Counted from the stretch's first letter, positions 1-10,909 are shown. The stretch: 64,000 bases of DNA from an uncultured archaeon (GCA_964486045.1 CAZALK010000002.1:256001-320000), one strand, 5' to 3'. Translations and numbers: made by a program. The notes: generated by a model not told the origin, from the letters alone.

Positions 1-1833
1 TACATGAAATTTTCGGGTTTTGATGCTATTGAAATACAAGGTAAGGCTGAAGAGGAGGTGTTTATTTACATTGATGGTGTTGAGGGATTAATCCAAATTG
101 AAGCTGTAGAGGAAAATGAAAATTTTTCTGAATATTCACATGAACTTACTCAACAATTAACTGAAAGATATGCTCAAAATGAAAATGAAAAACAACGAAT
201 TTCGGTAGTTAGTACTGGTCCTGCTGCAAAACATACGAAATGGGGGATGCTTAATTTTTCATGGTTTGTGCGAGGACGTAACTGGGCTTCATGTAAACAA
301 GCTGGTAGAGGTGGAATTGGGACAGTGTTTACAGATAAAAATATAAAAGCTTTGGTTTGCCGAACTCCAAAGGTTACCATCAAATCAAATAATCCCGATA
401 ATCTAGAAGCAGCAAGAGACTTAGGTAAAAAACATAGTCAAGAAGTAATTGAATTGGATCCTACTCAAAATGAAATGAGAAGAGTCGGTACCGGTCATCT
501 TCCTGATATAATGAATGTTACCGACTTATTACCAACTGAAAATTTCAGATATGGCCGACATAAAGAAATTAGCGGAAAAGATATTCCGTATAATAGGGAA
601 TTCATGAGAGAGATCTATTCTGGAAAAGAAGGAGCTGATGGATGCTGGTTGGGTTGTACAGTAAGTTGCTCACATTACTCAGATAATTATGAAGTCATGA
701 CAGGCCCTTTTAAAGATCAAAAAGTAATTGTAGATGGTCCAGAATACGAAACTATAGCGGGATGTGGTTCAAATTGGGGTGTATGGGATGTTAATTGGGT
801 ATTAGAAGTAAATTTTTATTGTGATACTTACGGTCTTGACACAATAAGTGTGGGAACAGGAATTGCATTCATTATGGAATGTTATGAAGAAGGTATCCTA
901 AACAAAAAGATTACAGGTGGACTGGATCTTAGTTTTGGAAATGCTGAAGCTGCAATAGAATTAATACACCAAATGGCAAAGGGAGAAGGATTTGGTTTAA
1001 TTGTTGGGCAAGGTGTTAGTGAAATGAAAAAAAAATTTAAAGAAGAATATGGGGCAGATCCAAAATTTTTGCAAGACATCGGAATGGAACATAAAGGGTT
1101 AGAATTTTCTGAATATATGACAAAAGAATCTTTAGCCCAACAAGGAGGTTATGGTTTCACTAACAAAGGAAGCCACCATGATGAGGCGTGGTTAATTTTT
1201 GAGGATGTAATTAGAAACTCTATTCCCACCCTTGAGGACAAAGCAAAAGCTTTGTATTGGTTTCCACTGTGGCGTACATGGTTTAGTCTTAACGGCCTTT
1301 GTAAGCTCCCTTGGAACGATATTCAACCAAAGTCTCAAAAAGACTATCCAATTAAAGACCTTGCTACAGGAGAACTAACGCGAGCAAAAGTCCCTGATCA
1401 TGTTGAATGGTATGCCAAATATTTTTCTGCGGTAACAGGACTCAAGTCGAGTCCAACAGATCTTATAAAAATGTCCGAAGTTGTTTATAACTTTCAAAGA
1501 ATATTTAACATAAGACAAGGTAAAGGGCTTAGAGAGAATGATTCAAACTTGCCGTATAGAGCAATGGGTCCGGTTACTCAACTAGAATATGAAAGTCGTA
1601 CTGAACGGTATGATAACCAGCTGAAAGATTTAGGTTATAATATCGATAAAAAGACTACTGAAGAGAAAATAACCTTACTCCGGAAATATAGAGTAGAGCA
1701 ATATGAAAAACTTCAAGAAGCAGTTTATAAGGAACGTGGTTGGAACCAAAATGGTTGCCCTACAATCGAAAAAGTAAAAGAATTAGGAATTGATTTCGAT
1801 GATGTCATCTCAATTATTAAACCTTATCAATAA
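1..1833 (+). CDS. aor: Tungsten-dependent aldehyde:ferredoxin oxidoreductase family protein (5'-truncated by window edge)
   Basis: AGRGGIGTV, C-x-x-G-C-x-x-x-C (CWLGCTVSC), DGPEYET and YGLDTIS motifs; C-terminal RGWNQNGCPT. Frame is open from the window start. Confidence 0.9.
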   Translation, partial: YMKFSGFDAIEIQGKAEEEVFIYIDGVEGLIQIEAVEENENFSEYSHELTQQLTERYAQNENEKQRISVVSTGPAAKHTKWGMLNFSWFVRGRNWASCKQAGRGGIGTVFTDKNIKALVCRTPKVTIKSNNPDNLEAARDLGKKHSQEVIELDPTQNEMRRVGTGHLPDIMNVTDLLPTENFRYGRHKEISGKDIPYNREFMREIYSGKEGADGCWLGCTVSCSHYSDNYEVMTGPFKDQKVIVDGPEYETIAGCGSNWGVWDVNWVLEVNFYCDTYGLDTISVGTGIAFIMECYEEGILNKKITGGLDLSFGNAEAAIELIHQMAKGEGFGLIVGQGVSEMKKKFKEEYGADPKFLQDIGMEHKGLEFSEYMTKESLAQQGGYGFTNKGSHHDEAWLIFEDVIRNSIPTLEDKAKALYWFPLWRTWFSLNGLCKLPWNDIQPKSQKDYPIKDLATGELTRAKVPDHVEWYAKYFSAVTGLKSSPTDLIKMSEVVYNFQRIFNIRQGKGLRENDSNLPYRAMGPVTQLEYESRTERYDNQLKDLGYNIDKKTTEEKITLLRKYRVEQYEKLQEAVYKERGWNQNGCPTIEKVKELGIDFDDVISIIKPYQ

Positions 1834-1868
1834 TTTATTTGTGACTTAATTTTCAAAAAAGATCTCAT

Positions 1869-3953
1869 ATGGAGAATATAACTACCCATCCTATACTAAA
1901 TATACCTGATAGAAAAAAGATCACATTCAATTTTGATGGACATGAATTAACAGGTTATGAAGGAATGGTTATCTCTTCAGCACTTTTTCTTAACAAAATT
2001 AAAGTGTTTGGGCACCATGTTAAGGATTCGAGTCCTCAAGGAATATTTTGTGCTAATGGTCAATGTTCACAATGTAATGTAATTGCTAATGGAATACCAG
2101 TTAAAGCCTGTTTGACTAGTCTAACAAGTGGTATGTCTATCGAAAGTTGTAATGATCTACCGGAATTACCTGCTGAAGATAATCCCGTAAGTATAGAAGA
2201 TGCAGAAATTATGGATGTTGAAGTACTTGTAATAGGGGGTGGACCTGCAGGCCTTTCAGCTGCAAAAATACTAGGGGAGCATAACTTTAATGTTATTTTA
2301 ATTGATGATAAAAACCGACTAGGTGGGAAGTTAATTCTTCAAACCCATAAATTTTTTGGTTCTCAAGAAGAAGTCTATGCCGGGAAACGAGGTATTAATA
2401 TTGCAGAATTACTTGGTAAATCTATTCAAACAATATCAACCATTCAGGTTTGGTTAAATAGTATATGTCTGGCAATTTTTAGCGATGGATTTGTTGGGGT
2501 TTTAAAGAATAAAATTGAATATGTTTTATTAAAACCGAGATATCTTTTAATTGCCACAGGGGCTCGTGAGAAGATGCTAGTTTTTTCAGGTAATACTCTT
2601 CCAGGAGTATATGGAGCTGGCGCATTTCAAACCTTAGTTAATCGTGATCTAGTTAAAGCAGCAAATAGAGTTTTCATAATTGGTGGAGGTAATGTAGGAC
2701 TAATTGCCGGTTATCATGCACTCCAAGCAGGAATTGAAGTTATTGGTTTAGTTGAAGCGATGCCTCAATGCGGGGGATATAAAGTCCATGAGGATAAACT
2801 CAGACGCTTAGGAGTTCCAATTTATATTAGCCACACAATTATATCCGCAAATGGTAAGGATAAAGTAGAATCAATAACAATAGGGCAGATTGATAAAAAT
2901 AAAAATATTATAGCTGGAACTGAAAAAACATATTTATGTGATACAATTTTAATCTCTGTAGGATTAACTCCTGTAAACGAGTTTTATAAGAAGGCTGAAG
3001 AATTTGGCTTAGAAGTTTGGGTTGCAGGGGATGCTAAAGAAATCGCTGAAGCCTCTGCTGCAATATTAACTGGTAGAATTGAAGCGTTAAAAATTTTAAG
3101 AGAAAATGGAATTCCTTTTTCAGATAGTATAAATGATCTCCAAAATTTCGCAAACTTAATGAAAACCAAACCACTTCAACCCCTTAAAAAAGAAATTCAA
3201 TTTAAAGAAGAAGGGATTTTTCCAGTATTTTATTGCACTCAAGAAATACCGTGTAATCCATGTACTTCGGTATGTGACCAAGAGCAAATTAAAACTATGG
3301 ATGATTTAATTGTCAAATTGCCATACTTTAAAGGAGAAAAAGATTGCATTGGGTGTGGAAAATGTCTTGCAGTTTGCCCCGGATTAGCAATAGTGTTACA
3401 TGATTATAGAAAAGATAAAAAAAATCCATTAGTCACCTTTCCACTAGAGCTTTCGGATACCAAACTAGAAACGGATCAAAAAATAATTGTTGTAAGTAAT
3501 AACGAAGAATTAGGAGAATTTGAAATACATAGATCTAGAATACTTAAAGAATTTCCAAAAACTCAATTAATAACCATAAAATTACCTTCAGAGTTAGCAA
3601 AAAAAGCTGTTGCTATAAAACTTGTAAGAATTAGTTATAGTGAACCCATTGAAAGTTATCAGAAATTATTTACTGAGGATGATACAATCGTCTGTAGATG
3701 TGAACGAGTCTCTGTTGGAGAGATACGAAAATGGATTATATCTGGAGTAAAAGATTTTAATGAATTAAAAGCTTTAACAAAAGCTGGAATGGGATCTTGT
3801 GGAGCAAAAACTTGTACTACACTAATTTACCAAATATTTAGAGAGGAAGGAATTCCTATTGAGGATATTACACCAGGAACAAAACGACCATTATTTATTG
3901 AAGTGTTTATGGGGACATTTGCTGGAATTAGAAAGAAAAAAGAAAGTCGATAA
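1869..3953 (+). CDS. Proline/sarcosine dehydrogenase alpha-like subunit (2Fe-2S + FAD + 2x4Fe-4S + BFD-like domains fused)
   Basis: N-terminal CANGQCSQC, GGGPAG and GGGNVG Rossmann motifs, CNPCTSVC and CIGCGKCLAVCP, C-terminal CRCERV...GSCGAKTC. Confidence 0.8.
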   Translation: MENITTHPILNIPDRKKITFNFDGHELTGYEGMVISSALFLNKIKVFGHHVKDSSPQGIFCANGQCSQCNVIANGIPVKACLTSLTSGMSIESCNDLPELPAEDNPVSIEDAEIMDVEVLVIGGGPAGLSAAKILGEHNFNVILIDDKNRLGGKLILQTHKFFGSQEEVYAGKRGINIAELLGKSIQTISTIQVWLNSICLAIFSDGFVGVLKNKIEYVLLKPRYLLIATGAREKMLVFSGNTLPGVYGAGAFQTLVNRDLVKAANRVFIIGGGNVGLIAGYHALQAGIEVIGLVEAMPQCGGYKVHEDKLRRLGVPIYISHTIISANGKDKVESITIGQIDKNKNIIAGTEKTYLCDTILISVGLTPVNEFYKKAEEFGLEVWVAGDAKEIAEASAAILTGRIEALKILRENGIPFSDSINDLQNFANLMKTKPLQPLKKEIQFKEEGIFPVFYCTQEIPCNPCTSVCDQEQIKTMDDLIVKLPYFKGEKDCIGCGKCLAVCPGLAIVLHDYRKDKKNPLVTFPLELSDTKLETDQKIIVVSNNEELGEFEIHRSRILKEFPKTQLITIKLPSELAKKAVAIKLVRISYSEPIESYQKLFTEDDTIVCRCERVSVGEIRKWIISGVKDFNELKALTKAGMGSCGAKTCTTLIYQIFREEGIPIEDITPGTKRPLFIEVFMGTFAGIRKKKESR

Positions 3954-3955
3954 AA

Positions 3956-5122
3956 ATGGTTGTATATGATGTTATTATCATAGGTGCTGGAAGTATTGGT
4001 GTTCCAACAGCCTTAGCAACTGCGAAAGATGGATTGAAAACACTTGTCCTCGATTCTTTACCTTCAGTTGCTCAAGCAGATAATAAACATGCAATAGGTG
4101 GTATTAGAGCAACTCATTCAAACATAGGAAAAGCTTTATTATGCAAAAAATCAATTGAAATTTTCTCTAAATGGGAAGAAAAGTATGCAGACGACATTTG
4201 GTGGAATCAAGGAGGGTATACTTTTCTAGCTTTTAATGAAAAAGATGAAAAAATGCTGAAAGACACCGTTAAACTCCAGAAAAGTTTTGGATTGAATATT
4301 GACTTCATAACTATTGAAAAAATTAAAGAATTAATACCAGGAATCAATGATAATGGTTTATTAGGAGCAACTTATAGCCCTGAAGACGGTAATGCTTCTC
4401 CCTTATTATCTTTGCATGCATTTTTTAGACGGTCAAAGAACATTGGTGCTGAATATCGTTTTAATCAGAAAGTTATTGATATTAAAATTAAAAAAAATAC
4501 GATCGTTGGAGTTAAAACAACCAGAGCAAAGTATAAAACAAATATGGTGATAAATGCTGCGGGAGCGCAAGCAAAAAATGTAGGTAGATTAATAGGATTA
4601 AATTTACCTGTTGAGCCAGAATCTCATGAAGCAGGTATTACCGAACCTGTTAAAAAATTTTTCTCACCTATGGTTGTCGACATTAGACCGTGGATAGATA
4701 AAAAATTTGGTAATTCTAAAAATTATTATTTTTATCAAAATAATGAAGGAAAGATTATTTTCTGTTTAACTCCTAATCCAGGCATTTTAGGTAGTGATCG
4801 TAGTGAAACTTCTTCATTTTTACCTCAAATAGCGAAGAGAATGGTTCAACTTTTACCGCGTTTAAAAAATATTAAAATAAGAAGAACATGGCGCGGTTTA
4901 TATCCTATGACTCCCAGTGGAAATCCAATTATAGGCACTGTCAATAAAGTGGAAGGATATATTAATGCTGTCGGTATGTGTGGACAAGGATTTATGTTAG
5001 GACCCGGAACAGGAGAGTTAATAAGCCGTATTATATCAAATAAAACAACTCCCGGAGATACATTAATTTTGAACAATTTATCTACAGAAGATGAATTCTT
5101 TGATGGAGAGATACTAAGATAA
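3956..5122 (+). CDS. FAD-dependent oxidoreductase, sarcosine oxidase beta / proline dehydrogenase beta family
   Basis: IIGAGSIG, INAAG, TWRGLYPMTPSG and GMCGQGFMLGP motifs; 2 bp downstream of the alpha-like gene. Confidence 0.85.
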   Translation: MVVYDVIIIGAGSIGVPTALATAKDGLKTLVLDSLPSVAQADNKHAIGGIRATHSNIGKALLCKKSIEIFSKWEEKYADDIWWNQGGYTFLAFNEKDEKMLKDTVKLQKSFGLNIDFITIEKIKELIPGINDNGLLGATYSPEDGNASPLLSLHAFFRRSKNIGAEYRFNQKVIDIKIKKNTIVGVKTTRAKYKTNMVINAAGAQAKNVGRLIGLNLPVEPESHEAGITEPVKKFFSPMVVDIRPWIDKKFGNSKNYYFYQNNEGKIIFCLTPNPGILGSDRSETSSFLPQIAKRMVQLLPRLKNIKIRRTWRGLYPMTPSGNPIIGTVNKVEGYINAVGMCGQGFMLGPGTGELISRIISNKTTPGDTLILNNLSTEDEFFDGEILR

Positions 5123-5296
5123 ATTTTAATTCTATAATTGTCTGAACTCAACATCTCAAGATCAGGGATTTATTACGGAAATGTTTGGATACTTTTTTGA
5201 AATTGACTTTTTCTAAGAATAAGATTTTAAGAAAGAAGTGACATTAATTAAATACTTAATTTTAAGATCACATTTATAGTATTTTGGTGGTAGTTA

Positions 5297-6478
5297 ATGA
5301 AGATATTTTTCAGTTATGCAAGTGTTGATACAACGGAATATAGGATAGAAGATATTGTTGATTTTTTAGAATTTCAGGAGGATATTGAATGTGTGTTTTA
5401 TTGGGAGCGTGATACAAAAGGAGGGGAATCCTTTGATGACTATATGAGGAACAACATTAAAAATAGCGACTTAATTATTGTTTTGTTCACTTCCAATACC
5501 GCAACGTCAATTCCAGTTTTCATAGAAATTGGGATGTCAAAAGCTTTTCAAAAACAAGTTATGCCTGTATTTGATAAAGTTGATCATATTGTGGCTGATA
5601 TGCAATCAAGTAGAGGTGTTCAATTTAATTCGAATTTTCGTATGTTTTGTGAAGATTTGTGCTTTAAAATAACGGGAAAAAGAGCCAAATTTAAAGAATC
5701 TAACCCAATGGTAGATTATCGACGCGACTTGTTTGAATCCTTTAGTTTTAATAAATCTTCATACGTAGAACCCGATGTTAGAGATGTTACCGATACCTAC
5801 AAAGAAGAAGAGAAGAACCAAAAGAAGCTTCCATTGATCAGTTATCGAATATTCGAATTTATTCTATTCGACCCTTTAAATCGAGGATCTCTTAACGTTA
5901 TTACTGCTCCTCCTGGTTCGGGCAAGTCTATATTATTAAATTCCATTACGCATGACATATTACATCAAGAGCATTTATCAAGTTACACACCTTTCACAAT
6001 AAATGCAGAAATCTTAAAACTCACCAATGATGAATTATTAGAAGAATTTTATAGATACCTATTTCCTGATACTGAAGGGAGATATTATACAAGTTTTGAA
6101 AACATAGTTAAATCTGGGAGAGGTATCATCCTTTTAGATGGCTTAAGTAAAAACCCTAATGCACATGAGTTACTTACTGACCTTCATAAATTTATCCTTA
6201 CAAACAACGCGAGGATAATTATCACTTGCAGACCGGTCATTCACGATTTTATTCGAAGTTCTCCAAAAATAAAAGAAAAAACCCACTTATATGAGCTCAA
6301 TTCATTCAAGTCATCATCTCTTTTTGAATGGGTTGTTTTAAATAAAAACAATTATGAACAAACTCGGCATCTTCAAGCGAGAGAGATTTACATAGTTTTA
6401 AGAGAACACGTTAAAGAACATGAAGAAAAAGGAGAACGAGTCTCTCTTCCATCTATGATGCAAGAATTTTCTATGTAA
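5297..6478 (+). CDS. TIR domain + NACHT/STAND-like NTPase
   Basis: N-terminal KIFFSYA box, SDLIIVLFT and Glu in VFIEIG; Walker A APPGSGKS; Walker B IILLDGL; sensor-like IIITCR. Confidence 0.75.
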   Translation: MKIFFSYASVDTTEYRIEDIVDFLEFQEDIECVFYWERDTKGGESFDDYMRNNIKNSDLIIVLFTSNTATSIPVFIEIGMSKAFQKQVMPVFDKVDHIVADMQSSRGVQFNSNFRMFCEDLCFKITGKRAKFKESNPMVDYRRDLFESFSFNKSSYVEPDVRDVTDTYKEEEKNQKKLPLISYRIFEFILFDPLNRGSLNVITAPPGSGKSILLNSITHDILHQEHLSSYTPFTINAEILKLTNDELLEEFYRYLFPDTEGRYYTSFENIVKSGRGIILLDGLSKNPNAHELLTDLHKFILTNNARIIITCRPVIHDFIRSSPKIKEKTHLYELNSFKSSSLFEWVVLNKNNYEQTRHLQAREIYIVLREHVKEHEEKGERVSLPSMMQEFSM

Positions 6479-6606
6479 TTCTAAAACTCTTTTTTATTAC
6501 ATTTGCTTTTCCTTTCTTTTCAAGTATTCTAATTATACTTTTTAGAAAAAAGAAATTTAATTAAAATTGCAAATTTAAGAAATTAATTTAGAATAGGTAA
6601 TTTTTC

Positions 6607-7755
6607 TTAGTTATCAAGACCCAATTTAGTATAGATTGAAATCATATCACCATCCTCAATTATGTGGTTTAAATTAGCGATTTTTTGACCTGGATGTTTT
6701 GCTGAATTCCCCCATATTTGTGAAAACCGAAAATCTTGTACAAATCTTTTATGAATCTTACGACAAAGAGTTTCCATTGTGTCTCCTCTATGAAGAATTA
6801 TAGGCTCATCCAAATCTGCTTCTTTTTTAGGAGGTTTCAGATAAACTCGAATTAAATTCAATTCTTGGAAAATTCGATGGCGAAGAGCATTTATATTTTC
6901 TTTCTTTTTTGCTGAAATCATAACCCAATGATTGTGTCCAATAGATTCAGTGATTTCTTCTGGTAAGAGTGGAATCTTCATCAAATCTACTTTATTAATA
7001 ACAACAAATTCTTTTGTATAAACCCGATTTCCCATTACAAAATCAATTAGTTGATCTGGTGTAGTATTTGGTTCAGAAAAATGCACTCCTGCATTACGTA
7101 AACCTAATTCATTTAATAAAGCTTTAACCTCATTTTGGTCCATTAATTGAGGACCTTTTGAGGCGAAGTGAATACCACCTCGATTTTGTTCTTTAATAGA
7201 AATACGTGATGGTCGACTATTTAAACGTATTCCCGCATTATTAAGTTCATTCCTAATTTTTTTTAAATCTAGAAAATTGATGGTTCCATCTTCTCGAAAG
7301 CAAATAATTATTAGAACCAATTCAGCTGACCGTACAGCGCCTAAGACTTCTTTCCCTTTCCCCTTTCCGGTTGCTGCCCCTAATATGATACCTGGTAGAT
7401 CTATCAGCTGAATTTTAGCATCTTCAATATCCATCATACCGGGGATAGCGGTTATTGTAGTGAAATTATAAGCTGCCACTTTTGAATGAGTATCTCCTTC
7501 AGTCAACAAGTTAAGCAATGATGATTTCCCAACAGAGGGAAATCCAATGAAAGCGACTTGAGCATCTCCCGATTTCTTAATCCCAAAGCCACCACCACCA
7601 CCCTTTTTAGAACTTACAATCTTAATTAAGCTTTCTCGTAGCTTGGCTAATTGTGCTTTAATAAAATTTATACTTTTTTGTGTAGCTTTGTTTACTTTGG
7701 TGGCGGCCAATCGTTCTTCTAATTCTTTTATTCGATCTTCTACTTTTTCACTCAT
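6607..7755 (-). CDS. DRG/OBG-family GTPase with C-terminal TGS domain
   Basis: GFPSVGKS, YNFTT, DLPG and NKVD motifs; TGS tail WGNSAKHPGQ. Confidence 0.92.
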   Translation of the reverse strand: MSEKVEDRIKELEERLAATKVNKATQKSINFIKAQLAKLRESLIKIVSSKKGGGGGFGIKKSGDAQVAFIGFPSVGKSSLLNLLTEGDTHSKVAAYNFTTITAIPGMMDIEDAKIQLIDLPGIILGAATGKGKGKEVLGAVRSAELVLIIICFREDGTINFLDLKKIRNELNNAGIRLNSRPSRISIKEQNRGGIHFASKGPQLMDQNEVKALLNELGLRNAGVHFSEPNTTPDQLIDFVMGNRVYTKEFVVINKVDLMKIPLLPEEITESIGHNHWVMISAKKKENINALRHRIFQELNLIRVYLKPPKKEADLDEPIILHRGDTMETLCRKIHKRFVQDFRFSQIWGNSAKHPGQKIANLNHIIEDGDMISIYTKLGLDN

Positions 7756-7889
7756 TCCAAATAAATAAAACTACATTAACCAAAAAATTTTTCTTAAATT
7801 GTATAACAATACGGTTTTTCAATAAGTACTTTTTTGTCTTATGGTTTATTATTAAAAATAATGTTTAACGATGGAATAAGCACATAAAG

Positions 7890-9191
7890 TTGAATTCAAA
7901 AATGGTTGATATAAAAGAAATTTTTGAAGAAGTCGATAATTTAGAAACAGATGATGTTATGGATTTAATGAGGGTTCTTATAAACATTAATACAGTCGTC
8001 CCTCCGGGTAGAAATTATCGTGAGTATGTTGATGCGATTTCACCATATTTCAATGACTTAAGTTATTCATTGGAAGAAGTAATAGTACCAGAAGAGTTAA
8101 TTCAAGAGATTCCGCTTGATCTAATAGGTCCACGAGTAAATTTATTGGCAAAAAAAGATTTTGGTCAAGAAAAATGGGTAAATTTTTATGGACACATGGA
8201 TGTTGTGCCGGCACCAAATAGTGGGGTTGGAAAATGGCAATCTCCACCATTTGAAGCTGAAATCTTAGACAACGGAGAAATCTATGGTCGGGGTGTTGCT
8301 GATATGAAAGGATCTATGGTCTGCTTAATACTAGCGCTTCAAATAATAGAAAGATTAAATCTCAATCCTTTGTTTAATGTCCTTGTTATGAATTGTACAG
8401 ATGAAGAGATTGGTGTTTGGCCAGGAGTAAAATATTTAGCAGAAAAAGGTTATATAGAAGGAACAGTTTATTGCATGGAAGGAAGAATCTATCCTATTAT
8501 ACTTTCTGGAGCTGCAGGAAATTTAGATGTCATCGTTGAAACTATCGGAGTAAGTTGTCATTCCGGAATGAATTATTTAGGAGTGAATGCATTGGAAGAA
8601 ATGGTTCCAATTTTAGTAGAACTTATGGAACTCAAGAAGATTGTAGAAAAACGCGAAAGTATAGATGCTTCTGGTCCACCAAATATTAAAACAGGGAAAA
8701 AATGTAATTTAACGCCAATGTTTAATCTGGATATTATTCGATCAGGTGAGAAATCAAATATTGTTCCGGATTTATGCAAATTAGTTATTAACAGAAGAAT
8801 AATCCCTGATGAGAAATATTCAGAAGTAAAACAAGAAATTATTGATGCTATTGAAAGGGGGAAAAAAAAAAGTAAAGCAGTTGATGTGGAAGTAACATTT
8901 AATTATTCATACCCTCCTCTTAAGATAGACACAAATAGCCCGGGGATAAAAAGAATGAAAAAAGTCTTGAATCTAGTGCATGGTATTCCTGAAGAAAAAA
9001 TTATCTCGATGGGAATGGGTGGATCATTAGACATGAGTTTTATCACCCAAATCTTAAACACTCAGGATATTATAATTCATGGTGTAGGAACTAAAGATTC
9101 TAATATACATGGGGTGAATGAAAATATAAAATTGGATGATGTAAAAATTTATATTAAAGAAATATTAGCGTTCTTATTAGTTGAGTTTTAG
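7890..9191 (+). CDS. M20 family metallopeptidase/deacylase (ArgE/DapE-like)
   Basis: GHMDVVP, GRGVADMKG, DEE and HGVNE motifs. TTG start; ATG at 7902 is an alternative. Confidence 0.85.
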   Translation: MNSKMVDIKEIFEEVDNLETDDVMDLMRVLININTVVPPGRNYREYVDAISPYFNDLSYSLEEVIVPEELIQEIPLDLIGPRVNLLAKKDFGQEKWVNFYGHMDVVPAPNSGVGKWQSPPFEAEILDNGEIYGRGVADMKGSMVCLILALQIIERLNLNPLFNVLVMNCTDEEIGVWPGVKYLAEKGYIEGTVYCMEGRIYPIILSGAAGNLDVIVETIGVSCHSGMNYLGVNALEEMVPILVELMELKKIVEKRESIDASGPPNIKTGKKCNLTPMFNLDIIRSGEKSNIVPDLCKLVINRRIIPDEKYSEVKQEIIDAIERGKKKSKAVDVEVTFNYSYPPLKIDTNSPGIKRMKKVLNLVHGIPEEKIISMGMGGSLDMSFITQILNTQDIIIHGVGTKDSNIHGVNENIKLDDVKIYIKEILAFLLVEF

Positions 9192-9279
9192 CACGTTATA
9201 AACTATCAAAAATTAGATCGAAGAGGATTCAAAAAAAGGATTAAAACAAATAAATATTAAAAAAAACATGTGATTAGTT

Positions 9280-10212
9280 ATGGTTCGACATTTATTAAAA
9301 ATTTCAGATTTTTCAAAAGTTGAATGTGAAGAAGTTATAGATAAAGCAATTGAGATCAAGAACAACCCTAAAAAATTTTATAATTTACTAGAAGGAGAAA
9401 CCCTTTTAATGCTATTCGAAAAACCTTCCTTAAGAACTCGAATATCTTTTGAGACTGGGATGCAACAATTGGGTGGTCATGCAATTTTTTACTCAATAAA
9501 GGATTCACCTTTAGGTAAAAAGGAAAACATTTCTGATACAGCAAAGGTTGTTTCTAGATTTGTAAATATAATTGCTGCTCGTGTTTTTAAACGTCAAGAT
9601 ATCTGGGATCTCGCTAAACATGCAGGTATTCCCGTAATCAATATGCTTGATGATTTTGCTCATCCCTGCCAAATTCTTGGTGATTTTCAAACAATAAAAG
9701 AAAAGATGGGGCGACTTGACAATTTTAAATTATCTTATTTCGGAGATGCATATAATAATGTTACTTATGATTTGATGCGAATGTCTGCCTTATTTGGTAT
9801 ACGAATGGATGTTGCTTGCCCTAATGGCTCTGAATATTCTCCTGAGCAAATAGTTTTAGATGAAGTTGAAGAGATTTCTAAAAAAACTAGTGCTGTTGTA
9901 CGAGTTATTCATGATGTGACCCAAGGTGCAAAGGAAGCCGATGTAATCTACACAGATAGCTGGATGAGTTACGGAATACCACAAGAACAAGAAGAAATAC
10001 GGAAAAAAGCTTTTATGCCTTTTCAAGTTACATCATCAGTTATGAAAGCAGCAAAATCAAATGCAATTTTTATGAATTGTTTACCGGCAATGAGGGGATA
10101 TGAACAAACTACTGAAGTAATTGATAGCCCCCAATCTATTGTTTTTGATCAAGCAGAAAATAGATTGCATATTCAGAAAGCTATAATGCTATTTTTACGA
10201 GAAAAATTTTAG
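9280..10212 (+). CDS. argF: Ornithine carbamoyltransferase (probably catabolic)
   Basis: KPSLRTR, HPCQ, DSWMSY, MNCLP and QAENRLH motifs. Confidence 0.93.
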   Translation: MVRHLLKISDFSKVECEEVIDKAIEIKNNPKKFYNLLEGETLLMLFEKPSLRTRISFETGMQQLGGHAIFYSIKDSPLGKKENISDTAKVVSRFVNIIAARVFKRQDIWDLAKHAGIPVINMLDDFAHPCQILGDFQTIKEKMGRLDNFKLSYFGDAYNNVTYDLMRMSALFGIRMDVACPNGSEYSPEQIVLDEVEEISKKTSAVVRVIHDVTQGAKEADVIYTDSWMSYGIPQEQEEIRKKAFMPFQVTSSVMKAAKSNAIFMNCLPAMRGYEQTTEVIDSPQSIVFDQAENRLHIQKAIMLFLREKF

Positions 10213-10237
10213 ACTTAAATAAAATTTCTCTAAATTT

Positions 10238-10265
10238 ATGTATGTGTATGTATATGTGTATACAT
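10238..10265 (+). promoter_or_regulatory. Probable antitoxin operator (TGTAT repeats ending in near-palindrome ATGTGTATACAT)
   Basis: atgtatgtgtatgtatatgtgtatacat lies directly before the likely vapB ATG at 10266; operator role is inferred. Confidence 0.4.
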
Positions 10266-10505
10266 ATGACCTCTAAAAATATTAGTATTACTGAGGAAGT
10301 ATATAAAAAATTAATGAAGATTAAACGAGAGAATGAAAGCTTCTCTGAACTTTTCCTAAGACTGTTAAAAATCCAAAAAACCAACATGAAAAGAACTTTT
10401 GGAGCGTGGAATTTATCAAAAGAAGAGGAATCTGAGATATGGAAGGCTATTTCAAGTCGTTCTGGTCGAAAATGGGAACGATCAGAAATGGGTGAAATCA
10501 AGTGA
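10266..10505 (+). CDS. vapB: Archaeal VapB-type antitoxin
   Basis: KNISITEEVYKKL...KRENESFSEL pattern; stop overlaps the PIN gene start. Start moved from 10242 to ATG 10266. Confidence 0.8.
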   Translation: MTSKNISITEEVYKKLMKIKRENESFSELFLRLLKIQKTNMKRTFGAWNLSKEEESEIWKAISSRSGRKWERSEMGEIK

Positions 10506-10909
10506 TAATTCTTGATACTTCTGCATGTATAGATTATCTAAATGGTAATCCTAATCTTAAAAAAGTTATATTTGAACAAGAGAATCTTGTACACCTTACT
10601 TCAATTACAATATATGAAGTAAATATTGGTTTAGAACGAACAAAAAGGAAGATTTCCGAAACTAGATATAAAGAACTATATAAATTTTGGATGGAATTCA
10701 TTAGTGGTATGGAAATCTTCTCTTTAGGATTAAAGGAAGCTGAAAAAGCAGCAGAAATTCATGATATTCTTGAATCTAAAGGAAAAATGATTGATGATAA
10801 CGATATCTTAATTGCTGGAATTATGCTTTCAAATGGTATAAATAAAATTATAACTAAAAACATTAAGCATTTTGAATTAATCCAAGAATTAGAAATAATT
10901 CAATATTAA
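10502..10909 (+). CDS. vapC: VapC PIN-domain toxin
   Basis: ILDTS...E...DILIAG...TKNIKHF PIN signature. Confidence 0.9.
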   Translation: MIILDTSACIDYLNGNPNLKKVIFEQENLVHLTSITIYEVNIGLERTKRKISETRYKELYKFWMEFISGMEIFSLGLKEAEKAAEIHDILESKGKMIDDNDILIAGIMLSNGINKIITKNIKHFELIQELEIIQY

